A DNA stretch of 64,000 nt, from contig NW_003314351.1 in the NCBI RefSeq assembly GCF_000143415.4, positions 183,490 to 247,489 of the forward strand. The letters run 5' to 3'. Position numbers and translations under genes: made by a program. Position 1 is the first letter of the stretch. Every line of letters starts with the position of its first letter. Source of the stretch: Selaginella moellendorffii (taxonomy: Eukaryota; Plantae; Lycopodiophyta). The notes beneath the pieces are model-generated. The model was not told where the DNA came from and ran no database searches. It saw nothing but the letters and a program-made list of their open reading frames with translations. Below, piece by piece: positions 10,975 to 23,931 of this stretch.

Positions 10975-13170
10975 TAGGATTGTAGCATATGTGGTTTTCA
11001 TTTTTTACCTTATGATGTTATAATTATAAAGTGGAATTTTAACCCTTCATGTGCCATGTGCCACATGCCATGTGTCTAAGGACAATGAAGCAAAACCTAA
11101 GTTTCAAGACTTTGAGCCACTAAACGAAGGGATAAAGTTAAATTCTTAATCATAAAGTATAGAAGTGAAAGGAGCAAAACATAAGATGATTCTTGAGCAT
11201 ATAACCCAAGGAGCAAAATGACAAGAGCTATTAAATATAGAATGATGTTAGATTGCGAATTTGGACATGAAAATAGTACCATTGTGTTCAGAACAATCCC
11301 TACATTTTGTAAATATACCAAATTAACAAATCTAAACACTTTTTATAAATAGCTAATGGGACTAAATGGAATTAACTCATATGAAGCATGATAATGAAAG
11401 TGTTTTGGTAAACATGGTAAATTATCACCTAGTAAGTATTGAGGGATTAAATTTAATATTGCAGGGGTTCCCAACACTAGCAAGTACAAATTAACAAATG
11501 AATTTCTCTAACCATGTCAAGTTTGTTTGATTAATAACATTTAAGAATTCCTTCTCTATTCTTATCTAACTAAGTGCACACACAAAGACCAATTTCTCAA
11601 TTAACTTGGGTAAAGATTGAAAAAGGGTCTAGTAATACTAACTTTTTACCATCATAACAGTAAAGAAAAAATATTTGAAAGGACTTGTTAGCAAGTAACT
11701 TTAGATACCTACAATCATATTTGCAACAAGGATGCATAGTTGTAATTTATAAATATATAATCTAAGGTTTTTATTTATTGTGTTTTATATTTTTTCTTTT
11801 ATTCATTCTCTTTAGTATTACCTTAGTCATATTAAGCTATACAAGGAGAATAAAAAGTATATATTTTATACTTTTAGATACTAAATAATTGAAAGTAATA
11901 TACTAAAATATATCCTAAGTCATTAAGTTGATTTACAAGGAATGCAAGTCCAAATAAGTAAAGGGGCCACCATAAATAAAAGGGGGTGTTGAATTGTGTA
12001 TTTGACCCTTGCTCTATTATAAATGAAACAAAGTTCATTATAGTAAATGGTAGTGGAGAATGAAAGAAGCTAGCATTTTTTTCACCTTTTCTTTTTTTTG
12101 GATAGAAGGCTATATAAGATAACATGGTTCATAAAAGCATAATGTAGTATATGTGGTTTTCAATAAAATAACCACAAAGTGGAACCTAACCCTTGAGCAC
12201 ATGTGCCAAGGGCAATTGAGCAAGACTTGAGCTTTAGTGTCTTGGGCCACTAAATGAAGGGATACAGCCAAGCTCTCAAGTATATACCTAAGGAGTAAAA
12301 AAACTAGAGTGCGGAGCAACTTTTGAGTATACAATTAAGGAACAAAGGCATAAATTGATATTAGAATAGTTTTAGAATATCTAACATCCTAATGTTAAAA
12401 TTAACATATAAAATGGAGGTAAATAAAGTTTAATGTTATTTAGCATATTGGTGGCTTAATGTGAGGATATGAATACTCCATTAGCTAGCATGGTATGGAT
12501 TGTGAACTTAAACCCAAGTTAAATATAAAACAAAAATAAATACACTTAACAAAGAGGTAGACAATGTTTTAGATTGGTTGGCCATACTAAACCTACCCAC
12601 TATCCCTATTATACATTTAAAACCCACTTACTCATATAAACACATGCTTTGGGCTTTCATCTTAGTCCTAGGAATTAGTCTTTACGACAATCATGAAAGT
12701 TTATTAAATATGGAATGATGTTAGATTTTAAATCTAAACGTGGGAGCATATATAAATGTAGACAATCTCTACACTATATAGATATGTCTTACTAACAAAT
12801 TTAGACACTTTTCATAAATAACCAATAAGACCAAATAAAACTAACATATAGAGCATGATAGCAAGATGGAAATGGTAAGTTATCATATAGCAATATTGAG
12901 AGACTAATCTCAATACATAAGGGTTTTTGTCATTAAATAATGCAAGACAAAATAAGATAGGAACTCCTAACTAAGCTAAGTATGTTTAACTAATAACACT
13001 TAGAAATTCTATCCTTCTATTTATCTAATAGTTAACTCCATTAGCACAATAGAAATTGATAAAGGGTTTAGTAATACCAATCTCTTGTTGTTATGGCAAT
13101 AATAAAAGAATATCTAAAAGGATTTATTAGCAAGTAACTTTCAAAACTTACAATCACATTTACGACATAT
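10975..13170 (+). repeat. Degenerate direct duplication: ~10975-11740 recurs at ~12140-12310 and ~12700-13170
   Basis: Shared strings in the same order, e.g. tgtag(c/t)atatgtggtttt, gccactaaa(c/t)gaagggata, attaaatat(a/g)gaatgatgttagatt and ttagcaagtaacttt. Confidence 0.65.
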
Positions 13171-14289
13171 ATAGCCAATAGAATTTTGATAAATTTGCTC
13201 AAACTGGACAAAACAATTGTATTTAGCTCAAGGGCAAGCTCATCTTCTACAAAGTTTCTAGAGATTTTGAGTATGAAGTGGATATAAGAAGTGGTGAAGG
13301 TGAATTGGACAAAAATGAAGGTGGTCAAGGGGTGATGTATTTGACATTTCTTGAAGGAGAATGTATACTACTTACTCCATAATGTTTGAGCTCCATGGAT
13401 TAATGTTATAGATAGACAAAGTACTTTTAAAGTACATGTTGTAACAAACAAATGGAATATATTGGTATAGGTTTTATTAATTTCTAAAGTCTAAAGTGGT
13501 ATTAGCTTCTTTATGCACCAAGTGGATGTCACTAGCTTTTGAGTAAAGTGCATAAGTTTAGCAGTATAGTGGCACATTACTCATGCTTGTTGTTTTTTAC
13601 AGATGCTAAAATTAATCATCATTGTTTTGATCTCTTTTGATGCACTCAAAGGCCAACTGATCATGTCCTATCTACCTATAAAACATGTATGTTGAAGCAA
13701 ACTGAATGATCCATCTCTGCACTAAAATGATTATCTAAAAATGCTATATAATTTAGTTTTGAAAGTTCTTACAAGTTCTTTCTTTAATAAAAAATAGGTA
13801 TGTTTGTAAAAAATGTTTCTCCATAGCTCTAGAAACTCTCAATAAAAATTTAACAATATTTTTACTTATAAAGGTATGGAACCCAACAAAAATAAAATAT
13901 TAAGATTGTAAATCATCCTCTCCATCCCAATTTAGGTGTCCTGAAGGGTTTTGTAAAGAATCCAATATAAGGCATGTGCTAAATATTGTTGCATGCTTAG
14001 ATATCTAGAGAAGTTTCCCCCTTAAATGTAAATAAAGAATATTGTGTGAGAAAAATCATAAGACTTATTACCTCAAGACCTTTAGAGGATGGAAGAGATA
14101 CTTTGCCAATCTTGCCCCTCAAAAGTTTCCTATCTATCTATCGCTTGCTAGATAAGGTTTGTTGTATGGCTTTGCCCAAGAGCACAAACTAAAAACATCC
14201 AAATTCAATTTAATCCATGTGTATCAATTGTTTAATTGTTTAACTTATTAATCAAATTTCTCACTATGCTTTCTATTGGTAGCTTTGCA

Positions 14290-15460
14290 ATATAAGCAAT
14301 ATATCCATTTAATTTTTGTCTCCTCCATGGATGGTATTGCTCATTGCAATTCTTCTCTAACTTGGCAATGCAATGTTGGAGGGCAGCATCCTAGTAATGG
14401 TCTGCCAAATGTAGATCACACTTGATGCATTAAGTGAATTTTGTGATGCCATTGGTATGGAAGTTAATCTCACCAAGATGCAGTTGGTGTTGGGACAAGT
14501 GCAAGATAGGATATCTATCATTGTGGCATTGCACTTCAGATAGTAGACAATTACAAATATTTGGGTATTTTCTTCATATAAATCATATTGTGATGGCCTT
14601 TGCACTCCAATCAGATGGTACCAATGCTCTTGTCACAAATTGGAGTGCAAAGTAGCAATTCTTTATAGACAAGGTATCCATAGTTTCTTTGTGTATTGCA
14701 AAGGTCACGGCTCTAGGAATCTTTAGGATCAAGTGGAGGAACTCCAATACCATTTCATTTCTATGGAGCTCCATACAAGGGATGTGTTATACCTGATTGT
14801 CCTACTTGAGTCCAGTCTATGGCCCTTGGAGCTACTCACAAGGAAACAAACAATTAACTATATAAACCTAGTGTCTGCTTTGCATTCTGCAAACAAAGCT
14901 CTAGATGTGAGCCATTGATGACTCCATCAACCTTATGTTCGAATAGGATGGAGGTTGGTGTAGAACTCAAGAGATGGACGACCAAGCTTGACCTTGACCT
15001 TGAGTTGGTACTTGAGGATCCGCTTGACTGGTGGATGTCACGGGCTTTGGAGAATTGATTATTGATAGGAATAGTTGGGGCAATCAAGTATATCATTTAC
15101 TACACAACAATCAATCCACTAGGCATGAATCTACATGTTTACCTCATGCCCCACCATGAACTCATTACAAGCTTGCCACTTATAGATGTGGTAATCACCA
15201 TCTCGATATTGAGATAGGCTTATGAGTCAGATCTAGCATCCCTTACCACCTTTGTCTCTGTCAAGTTTGTAGTTTGCACAGGTTGAGGATGTTTTCTATG
15301 TCCTATATGACTGTGGGGCATATGACCACCTCTGCAAGCAACTTCCAGCCATTCCCTAGTGAGATAAGGATCTTCCAGTTCTCCTCTCTAATGTTGACAT
15401 TATTACCAAATTTGTGAGGTATCTCTTGCAAATGGAAGAAACTACTCTTGGAAGTTATAG
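14290..15460 (+). mobile_element. Decayed, 5'-truncated non-LTR retrotransposon (LINE; RTE-X/L2-like RT C-terminus plus zinc knuckle)
   Basis: Fragmentary translations LSEFCDAIGMEVNLTK, NYKYLGIF (RT YLG motif), KLATYRCGNHHLDIEIG and CQVC....VEDVFYVLYDCGAYDHL. Many stops and frameshifts. Confidence 0.75.
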
Positions 15461-18400
15461 CAATGCCAATTCAAGGGATTGAGTAGGTATGTAGGTGACT
15501 CCATTTGTTTTCACCCTAATTCTTATATGATCATGTTTTTTGGATCTCTTACCTACCAACCCTGTTTTGAGGCAAAGGCTTTTATCCTTTAAAGCTTGGG
15601 TTCAAATCCAATTCACTATGGTAGAGGCATTAGCATCTATGTATTTAGACTTTTTTCCTTTCTTTTTTGCTTATGTATACTTCATTTTGAAGAATTAGTA
15701 ACTGTCAGATTGGATTTATTCCAGACACTAGTTTTCTATATTTTAGCAACTTTGTTACTATAATTATAATAAGAATTATTAATCTAAGAGTAAAAAACTT
15801 AAATATTGTACTTTCATAAATATTTTTCTCTGTAATATAATTTCCTTTTTAGATTGGTATTTAGAATATTTTTTATCAGTTAATCCAAGATAACCTAATG
15901 TTGTCACACTTATTGTGAAGCATCATTGCCAATTATTCTCTTCTTAAACTAGGCATAGCTAAAACTATTGTAGATTCCCAATGAACACCCTAATTCTTTG
16001 TCAAGGTCATAAGGCCAAAGTCCAGATATAAGTTTTGTTCCTATTATATTTATCCATTCTATCTAGAGACTCCTTGGTGAAAAGGGTCTAAAACTATAAT
16101 GCACAAAACTGTCTGAATGAGTGAGTGGTCTTTCCAAATGTTTCTTAGTGTGTAGCAAGGATGAAATTTTGGTGAAATTTACTTTTTAACACTTCATGGT
16201 TTGTATTAGTGATAAATATGAATATTAATATTAAACCTTGATTACCAAAAAATTATAGAAAAGATTAAAAGTAGAAAATCACTACCATCAAATTAAAGAA
16301 TATTGTAGAATATGCTTGACTCTATGCATATTCCTTACACCTCTTCAGGTTTTCTAAAACAAACAAAAAATCCACTTTTTAAAGATTTTTAAAATTGATG
16401 CTTTGCATAAACTTAAATTCATCATGAATGTTTTTACTCTAAAAAACATATTAGAAATTACTAATTATTGAGCTCAAATCATGGCTCACAAAAACATGTT
16501 TTAAGAAAAACCACAATAGCCTTGCTAAACCCATAAGACATTCAATTCTTCTAGCATATATAACATTAACAATGTATAGGTATGTTAGTTAAACCATAGC
16601 ATTTTATAGAGTTACTAGACTCTCAAGTATAAGGTATACTTTTTTATGCTTTTATTATTTTTCTTTGACTTCTATGTATGCCACGGTAGCTAAGTTGCCA
16701 TACTATAGTTGTTGTGAGCTTGGAATAAAAAAAATAAGGATAAAGTATATTTTTTCCTTAAAAATTTTTATAAGTGAACTTTTTATTTTGCTTTTGCTAC
16801 TGGATGATGGATATAGTTCATAAAACCATACAATCTCTAGAATTTACATTTTTCTCCAGAAAAATTAGAAATTAACTATTCAAGTCCCATACTTCTCCAT
16901 GTACAAGTGGACTATAAACACAATATTATATTTGGTCAGACCATGTGCAAAGTGGAGCACTAATGCAATGCCAGATAAAGGTTACTCTAATTTATTTATT
17001 TTTGTTCTAAGAAGTGAATTGTCTTTGTTTTTGAATTAATCTTAGGATTTCTAAGGTTTTTCATGGAAAAACAACTTCATCCAAGCCATTTCCTTTTTCC
17101 CCGTCATTTGTCATTTATTAATTAAGCACTTATTTGTCTTATGTTTGAAGTAAGGCCCTTCATTCTTAGCCTATTCCAGGTTGTTGCTAAACATTTTAAG
17201 TAGACTCTTCATCCTAAGTCCTTAATGCTTCTTTTGCAATCACTCAATTTTGCCAAACATGTTGAAGGCTTAGACCATTTACTAGCTTTTCTTAGTGGCT
17301 ACATGTCACTAAATTTATGCCCCTAAACCAATGGGAAAGTATATAATAACATCATTATAAGTATAATTGATGTCTTTCTGTGCATCAAGTAGTGGTAGAT
17401 TAAAATTTATACTCTTCTTCATTATTTAAGAAACCAAGCCACTAAATAGTGCCACTTGATTTTAATGGGTAGAAAAGAATGCACTTGTGGCCATAAAGAA
17501 GGACAACTAGCACTTTATTCACTTGTAATTTTGCACCATGTGAAAAATTCATTCATTTATATATTGTTTAGATACTTAGATACTTAGATACAACACCACC
17601 CTTTATGATGGGTTAAAAAAATGTATAAGTAGCTTGAGTCAAGGTAAAGACCAGACTCAACTATTTATAAAGGTCATAAGGGCTTACATAAGCTCCAAAT
17701 TATAAGTCTAAACTTAGGTCAAATACTTTTTCGGCTATGGAAAAGTTGAAAATGGTATATGTGGTCGTATAAAACACCCCTTTAGCATGCTTTGGAAAAC
17801 AAGATAGTGAGGTAGAATGGTGTTATAGATGCATATAATAAAGGATATGTGCATTACTATGTCAGTTGTCTACAAATAATACATATTTTTGGAGGGTATT
17901 GCAATGCACCTAGAGGTATGAGACCATTTACCATGGTAGTTTGCAGCCACTATGATCTCTTGGCTTCTCCAGGTAAAATCTCTCACTCCATCAAAATGCT
18001 GAAATTTTCAAGAAAATCTTCAGGTTTCCAAATGGTTCCACGATCATAGCATGGAAATATAACATGGTATGCACTGCTGGAAAGCCCATGGCAAGCAGAT
18101 TCTGCTGGTATGATATAGAAAGCATAGAGATATGGAATTCTAGAACTTAATGCCACCATCTCCAAAATGTTTGGTTAGGCTTGAGATCACAATCTGCAAG
18201 AAGACCATCTCTTCCACAATGCTAGACTTGCTTAATCAAGACAACAAGATCATGATGTTCACTTCTTTTTTAACATGGATTGCTAAAGCATATAGCATGA
18301 TGCCTGGATGAGATGCTAGTTTTTTATGACAAGCACACCTCTCTTTCAGGTCGATCAAATCGGTGTTTGAGAGTATACAACTATACAACAATCTCCATAA

Positions 18401-18539
18401 GGAAAACTTACTGAAATGCTGGTTGGGCAATTGGTCCTCCTTATCTCAGAAATCTTACTCCAACATCACATTTTTTTATAACGATAAACCCTGATTACAA
18501 ACTAATTAAAAGAGAATATCATTCTGGAAAACACATTTG

Positions 18540-19167
18540 CTAAGCTGGCCAATTTCCTATTTCAATTCCGTTTCCTGGGCACAAGAAAGGTGAACAAACC
18601 AATTTTAATTGTTTCCTTACATACCCTCCGGATCATAGAAAAAAGCTTGTTTGATCTTCCCGTCTTGTTGCGTCTTTTCGAAGATCTCGATACCCCTGTC
18701 CTGTTACGACAAAAATCTTAGTGGATCGTAAAACCAAGAAGAAAGGAAAACCTTTATAAGCTGGACTGCGGTATTGTAATTTTCGACACGAAATGCTAAG
18801 TGATCGCTTTTGGGAAGCACACTTGGATCTTTCCTGTGTAGCAAATCGAGGTAGGAAAAGCTAGGAGCAAAAGGAAAAAAGAAAAAGTTCTTCTACCTCG
18901 AGGTTGTAGAGCGCTTGGATTCACGACCGATCAAATGCAGCGAATGCGACGGTGGCAGCGACATCCAAATCACGGTCATGGCGCCAAAATTCGGAGTCTC
19001 CAACCGATGGAACCCTAGAACCTGCGAGCGAGACAATCCCCCAAATCTGAGCTGAAATCCCATAATCCAGGCCGATCGCCCACCTCTTGGTAGAAGAGCG
19101 CCATGGCGTGTGGATCATCCGCCTCCCTCGCGATGTGCTGCAAGCAAACCCCTGCTATTGGCGCCAT
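18540..19167 (-). CDS. Glyoxalase I-like / VOC-superfamily protein (5 short exons; absent from the ORF track)
   Basis: Spliced translation MAPIAGVCLQHIAREADDPHAMALFYQE|VLGFHRLETPNFGAMTVIWMSLPPSHSLHLIGRESKRSTTSR|KDPSVLPKSDHLAFRVENYNTAVQLIK|DRGIEIFEKTQQDGKIKQAFFYDPEG|NGIEIGNWPA* contains the VOC motifs H.A, FY.EVLGF, H.AF and DPEGN.IE. Confidence 0.88.
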
Positions 19168-20446
19168 TTTAATTTTGATTTTTCTTGACCTAAGTGTTGT
19201 GGAATTTTAAAAAGGAGATTTACGGGACACGCGGCAAAGTGCATGCCAAGTTACCATCACAGCTGTCATTGAGTCAGTGACACTTTTTGGTTTCAAAATT
19301 TTCTTCTTATCATAGTTCGTGTCTGTAATGTTCGATCGCAAGATCAAACTTGTGCTCCTTACAAAGTTAAATTTCTTTTGAGATAAAGTGTTTGTAAACG
19401 GTTAAAACGTGAGCTGACAGCACCTCAATTATTTCCCAGCAAATAGTATCTGAATGGATATCATGATCTTGTGCTGATAATAGTCGAGATTGTCAAGCAC
19501 ACCTTCTGTATCAAAGAGAAAAGCTTTGTTATTTCCAACCATGAAATCTATCACCCCATCGTGCTTGGTGTATTAAACTTCAACTATACACACCTACGTT
19601 TGCTTGAAACTAAACCACGTATGCGGCATTTTGGATTTGCGGGCGGGATTCGAACACGTGACTGGCCGTTTAAGAAAAAACCAATTTTCTTTTCCCCTTT
19701 ATACAAAGTTTTGTGGTGCGCGAAATGCGTTACAGGTCTCTCCAACTTCAACGCCCAGGAGAGAAAAAACAAAAAAATCTGGAATAGAAACAGGGAAGCC
19801 GGGGAAAGATCGCCAATAGCGGGGCGATTTTAATGGCCGCGACGCTGCGCGCTTAAATCCGCGCTGCTGGAGCTGAATTTTCTTCCCTGGAAATCTCTCA
19901 CGAGCGGCGACAAAGAAGCTCTCGCGCAAAATCTTCCAAAGTTCCTGATTGGCGCGGGGCCTCTTTAATTCTTTCTGATCGCTTGCTTGCTTGCTTTGAT
20001 TGCCTCAATCTCTTCTCTGGCAGCAGCACTAGCAGTCGTAGCTCTCCACCGAGTTAAAAAGAAATAAATTAAAGCCCCTTACCCGCATTCTAGAAAAGGA
20101 GAGGCGAGGCCCAACTTTGTCGACCAAGTCCAAAGCCCAGCCACCTTTGTGAAACGTCCGCGGCGGCCTTCTTCAATTTTTGTTATCTCGCAGGCGAGGA
20201 CGCGACGAGACGACGAGAGAGGTAGGGAGGCCTCTGACCGCTTACAAAACTCCCAAATCTAGGAACGCTTGCGCCACAAGTTAACAAGGATTTGATAAGA
20301 AAGCATGGAGAAAGAAAAAGAAAAAGCTTTCCCGACCTCTGACGCCTTCTTTTCTTCGTCGTCTTCTTCCTCGCTCGTCTTGTCTTGCTGCTCGAATTCT
20401 TCTTGCTAAGTTCCTCTTCTTCCTCTTCTTCTTCCCTCCTGGAGCT

Positions 20447-21613
20447 CTAAAAGATCGGAGACCGATGCGGTGTGCTCTTCCTCCTGCTGGAGCAATGCGG
20501 GATGATGACCGACTTTGGCGAGCACTGCCCTGGATATCGATTGCTGCGAATCCGCTTCGGTGGTGGGATCATCATCACCGAGGTAACGATGTGATCGTCG
20601 CACTGTGCCTCGTTCTTGTTCCCGCTGCAGCCTGACGATGCCTGCGACTGGCAATCGTCCGAGTTTGGCGACAATTCGTCGTCGAGTTCCAGTTTGTCCA
20701 CCTTGAGTGTTTCATCTTCCGGAGAGGAACTGAATCCGCCATCCGTCGATGAAGAGGAGGCCACCCGACGAGGTACAAGAGAATCTAACTCCACTTGGTT
20801 GTTACCCACGGCATCAACCTGTCAAACCAGAAGAAAAGTTTAAATGGAAGATGCATGAAAATCAAAAGGTGGTCAATCAATCAATCACTCACTCACTCAC
20901 CTTGCAGGCAATTGAGCAGTATCGGTATGACTCTTGCAAGCTCCTCTCGCAAGTGTCGCAAGAATTCGAAAGTCCTTTGGAGGGCCTTGGCTGAGGCCTT
21001 TGATTCAGGAACACTACTCTTGCGCTGTTGATAATGTATGTCTGATGAAAGAAAAAAAACATCCATCCCATCGCAGCGTTAGAGCCTAAATTTGGGGTTT
21101 TAGAAGGATTGGCTAAAATCCTAATCGGGTTCTTACCTGGACTTGCGAGCAATCCACCAGTTTTTGCATGTCATGGAGCCGGATCACATCGTGATACACA
21201 TATCTCCGGACCTGCGCAAGCGAAATTCACGATGAGAGGGCGATTCCGGCGAGAATCGCGAGAATTGGAGCACAATTCCCGCAAGGACTGCGGGATTTCA
21301 ATCACCTGGACGAGCCGATGGCCGCTGTGACTGCTCAGGCAGTGCTGGCAAATGCTGCCATTGCAATCCACGCAGAAGATATTCCGCTCGTTCTTTTTCA
21401 CTGTCGCGTGCGTCGAGCAGCAGCCGAAGAATTTCTCGCTCAGCAATGCCTCGAGCCAGACGGGCTTCCGAGGCGCCGATTCCAGCGCGTAGCCCACCTG
21501 CGACGAGAAAGCACACGAAATTGGGAGAATTCAGCGCCCGGAATCCAAGAAATGTCGATCTTTGCCAGCAAGAACAGCGCGAGCAGGCAATTCGATGGGA
21601 GATCACGAACCAT
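20447..21613 (-). CDS. PLATZ zinc-dependent transcription factor (first exon is probably the ATG only)
   Basis: P.WL..LL.EKFF..C..H...[10 protein letters not shown]...IC.HC...H..H..VQ|[22 protein letters not shown]|[16 protein letters not shown]...C..CERSL...YCSIACK, and C-terminal [10 protein letters not shown]. Confidence 0.92.
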
Positions 21614-22484
21614 GGCGATGCTGGCAGTGGAAAATCCCCCCTAGAACCGGAAGATCGATCTCGCTAGTGGAAAGAACACCTAAACACCCCTCCAGAGAAG
21701 AGGAAGCACAGCATCAAAGAATGCAAGCAACAGCTAGGACCCCTCCAAATGTATATAAAGGAGAGACCGCGAATTATCCCAGCCGTCGGCAGTATCATCC
21801 AACGACAGTGAGCCGCTCGCGTGCGGCGCTGAGAGCGGATCTGGGCCGTCGATACAGATCGGACGGCGGAGACTCCAAACGATCGCGATGGTTGGAGCGG
21901 GAAGGACGGACGGCTGCCGATGGCTCAGCGCACTGACACGTGAAAAGAGGCGGGAGAATTCAAAACCGTCCGATTCCGATCGGACGGCCAGGGGGGACGG
22001 TCGGCGGATCGTGGCCGTCGGTTTGGCGGTGATGGGACGTCGACCCCCGCAGCGCCGGAAAGCGTACGGAGCGCGGTGGTCAGTGGCCCATTCGGGGTCG
22101 TGGGCCCATCGGCGCGCAATTTGGTGTGTGGTGTGTGGCTTTAAATTCGTCGCTTCGTTCCAAAGCGTTGTTTGCTCCATGGATTTCAATGATCTCTTTG
22201 GCATTCCCACTTGGATGTTGGAATTGTGAATCCTGACCATGCTAGCTAGCAAACTTTAAGGGGAAAAAGAAAAGTAAAAGTACCACAAATATATAAAGAT
22301 TTTATCCCGCAAAAGATTTTACAGAATTTCAAAAGTGTTTTTCTATTTGAATTTTGGCGCGAAGTTTAACCCTCACGGCCTTCATGTGATTGTACGGTAG
22401 CCGGCCTAGGATGTCTTGTCGCTTGATCAAAAGATTTTTGGATTGATTTTCAAGGTCAAAATTTCGCATATTCGCGTGGCGGTG

Positions 22485-23844
22485 ATGGCCATTGCTTTAA
22501 GCTCCGTCGGCGCTGGCGCCGTGCGGCGCTGCGAGGATTCCCACTGCGGCGCGCTTGGAATTCGATCGAGAAATGGAGCGCGGGTGAGCTGTGCGGTTGG
22601 CAAAGTCAGATTTCTTGCCCTAGGTGCTGCGTCGATCGATCAGCTTGAAGGTGGGAATTCAAGCGCCAAACCTGATGGAGGATTGGGGACGAAGGAGCTG
22701 CTAGCTTGTCCGATTTGTTTCGATGCATTGCTGCGCAAGGGTCCGCCAGGAATCAATCAGTAAGTTCCGGGTAGATTTTGATATCGTGGTTAAAGATTTT
22801 GTGGCCAGGTTCGCGATAGCAAAGTCTGGATTTCAATGCTCTACGTGCAAGCGATCGTTTTCGTCTAGAAATGAGTATCTGGATTTAACTGTCACGTCTG
22901 GTGCCAAGGACTATGTGGAAGTTCCTCCGACTGGCACTGAGCTTTTCAGGTTTGTTCGTAGAATTTTGATTATGAGAAAAAAGCTAACGTGAAGCTTGGC
23001 GTAGAAATCCTCTGGTTTCTTTGATTTATGAGCGGGGCTGGCGACAAAACTTCGAAAGGAGTGGGTTTCCTGGTCCAGATGAAGAGGTTTGGGAAATTAT
23101 TATACTTGAGAGTGAAGAATGTGTGATGTGTTTCAGCTTAAAATGGCCTTGGAGTATCTTCGACCAGCCTTTGGAGGTGTCATAGTTGATGTGAGCTGTG
23201 GGAGTGGTCTTTTCACTCGACGATTGGCAAAATGTGGCTCGTTTGCAGCGGTAATCGCATTAGACTTCTCCGAGAGCATGCTACGGCAATGCGCTGAGTT
23301 CGTCAAACAGGACAAATCTCTGAGAACAGCGTATGATTCGAACCACCTGTGGTCTGTCATTCTCTTTGGAAAAATAATTCGTGATTCTTCGTTTTTCTGT
23401 GTCGGCAGAGATATCGCCTTGGTTCGAGCGGATGTTATTCGTCTTCCTTTTGCGTCTGGAACCGTTTCTGCTATTCATGCTGGTGCTGCATTGCATTGTT
23501 GGCCGTCTCCTTCATCTGCAGTGAGTTTTTAACCGGTAAACACATTTCCTTTGTAAAAGACGTGAAAAATTTCAGGTGGCAGAGATATGTCGAGTTCTGA
23601 AACCGGGCGGAGTTTTTGTAGCGACAACGTTCTTGTCGAACTCAATCTTTCCTTTCCTACCTGTAAGTAACGCATAAAGTTCGAAATTCTGGCTTACTTT
23701 GACTGCCCGCAGCAACGGAGATCATCGAGTTTGAGATACTGGACCGAAAAAGAACTCGAAGAACTGTGCAAGCTGTGTGGACTAGTCGACTACCAGAAGA
23801 AGATCAAAGGAAACTTTATTATGCTCACAGCTCGAAAACAATAA
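22485..23844 (+). CDS. Plastid-targeted SAM-dependent methyltransferase (UbiE/type 11 family)
   Basis: Transit-like N-terminus, LACPIC...C..C zinc ribbon, YLDLT, TELFRNPLVSLIYERGWRQNF..SGFPGPDEE, VDVSCGSGLF (SAM motif I) and AIHAGAALHCWPSP. Confidence 0.9.
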
Positions 23845-23931
23845 AGTTATTTGGTAAGGTCGCTTTACGCTGTAGAACAAACCCTTCGTTCCGTCCATTG
23901 CAGCTGAAGAAGATGTCAGTTAGCATTGCTA

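Noticed and set aside
19638-19670. GGGATTCGAAC (reverse-complement B-box) suggesting a tRNA or SINE
   Set aside because: No A-box, poor T-stem pairing and no cloverleaf.
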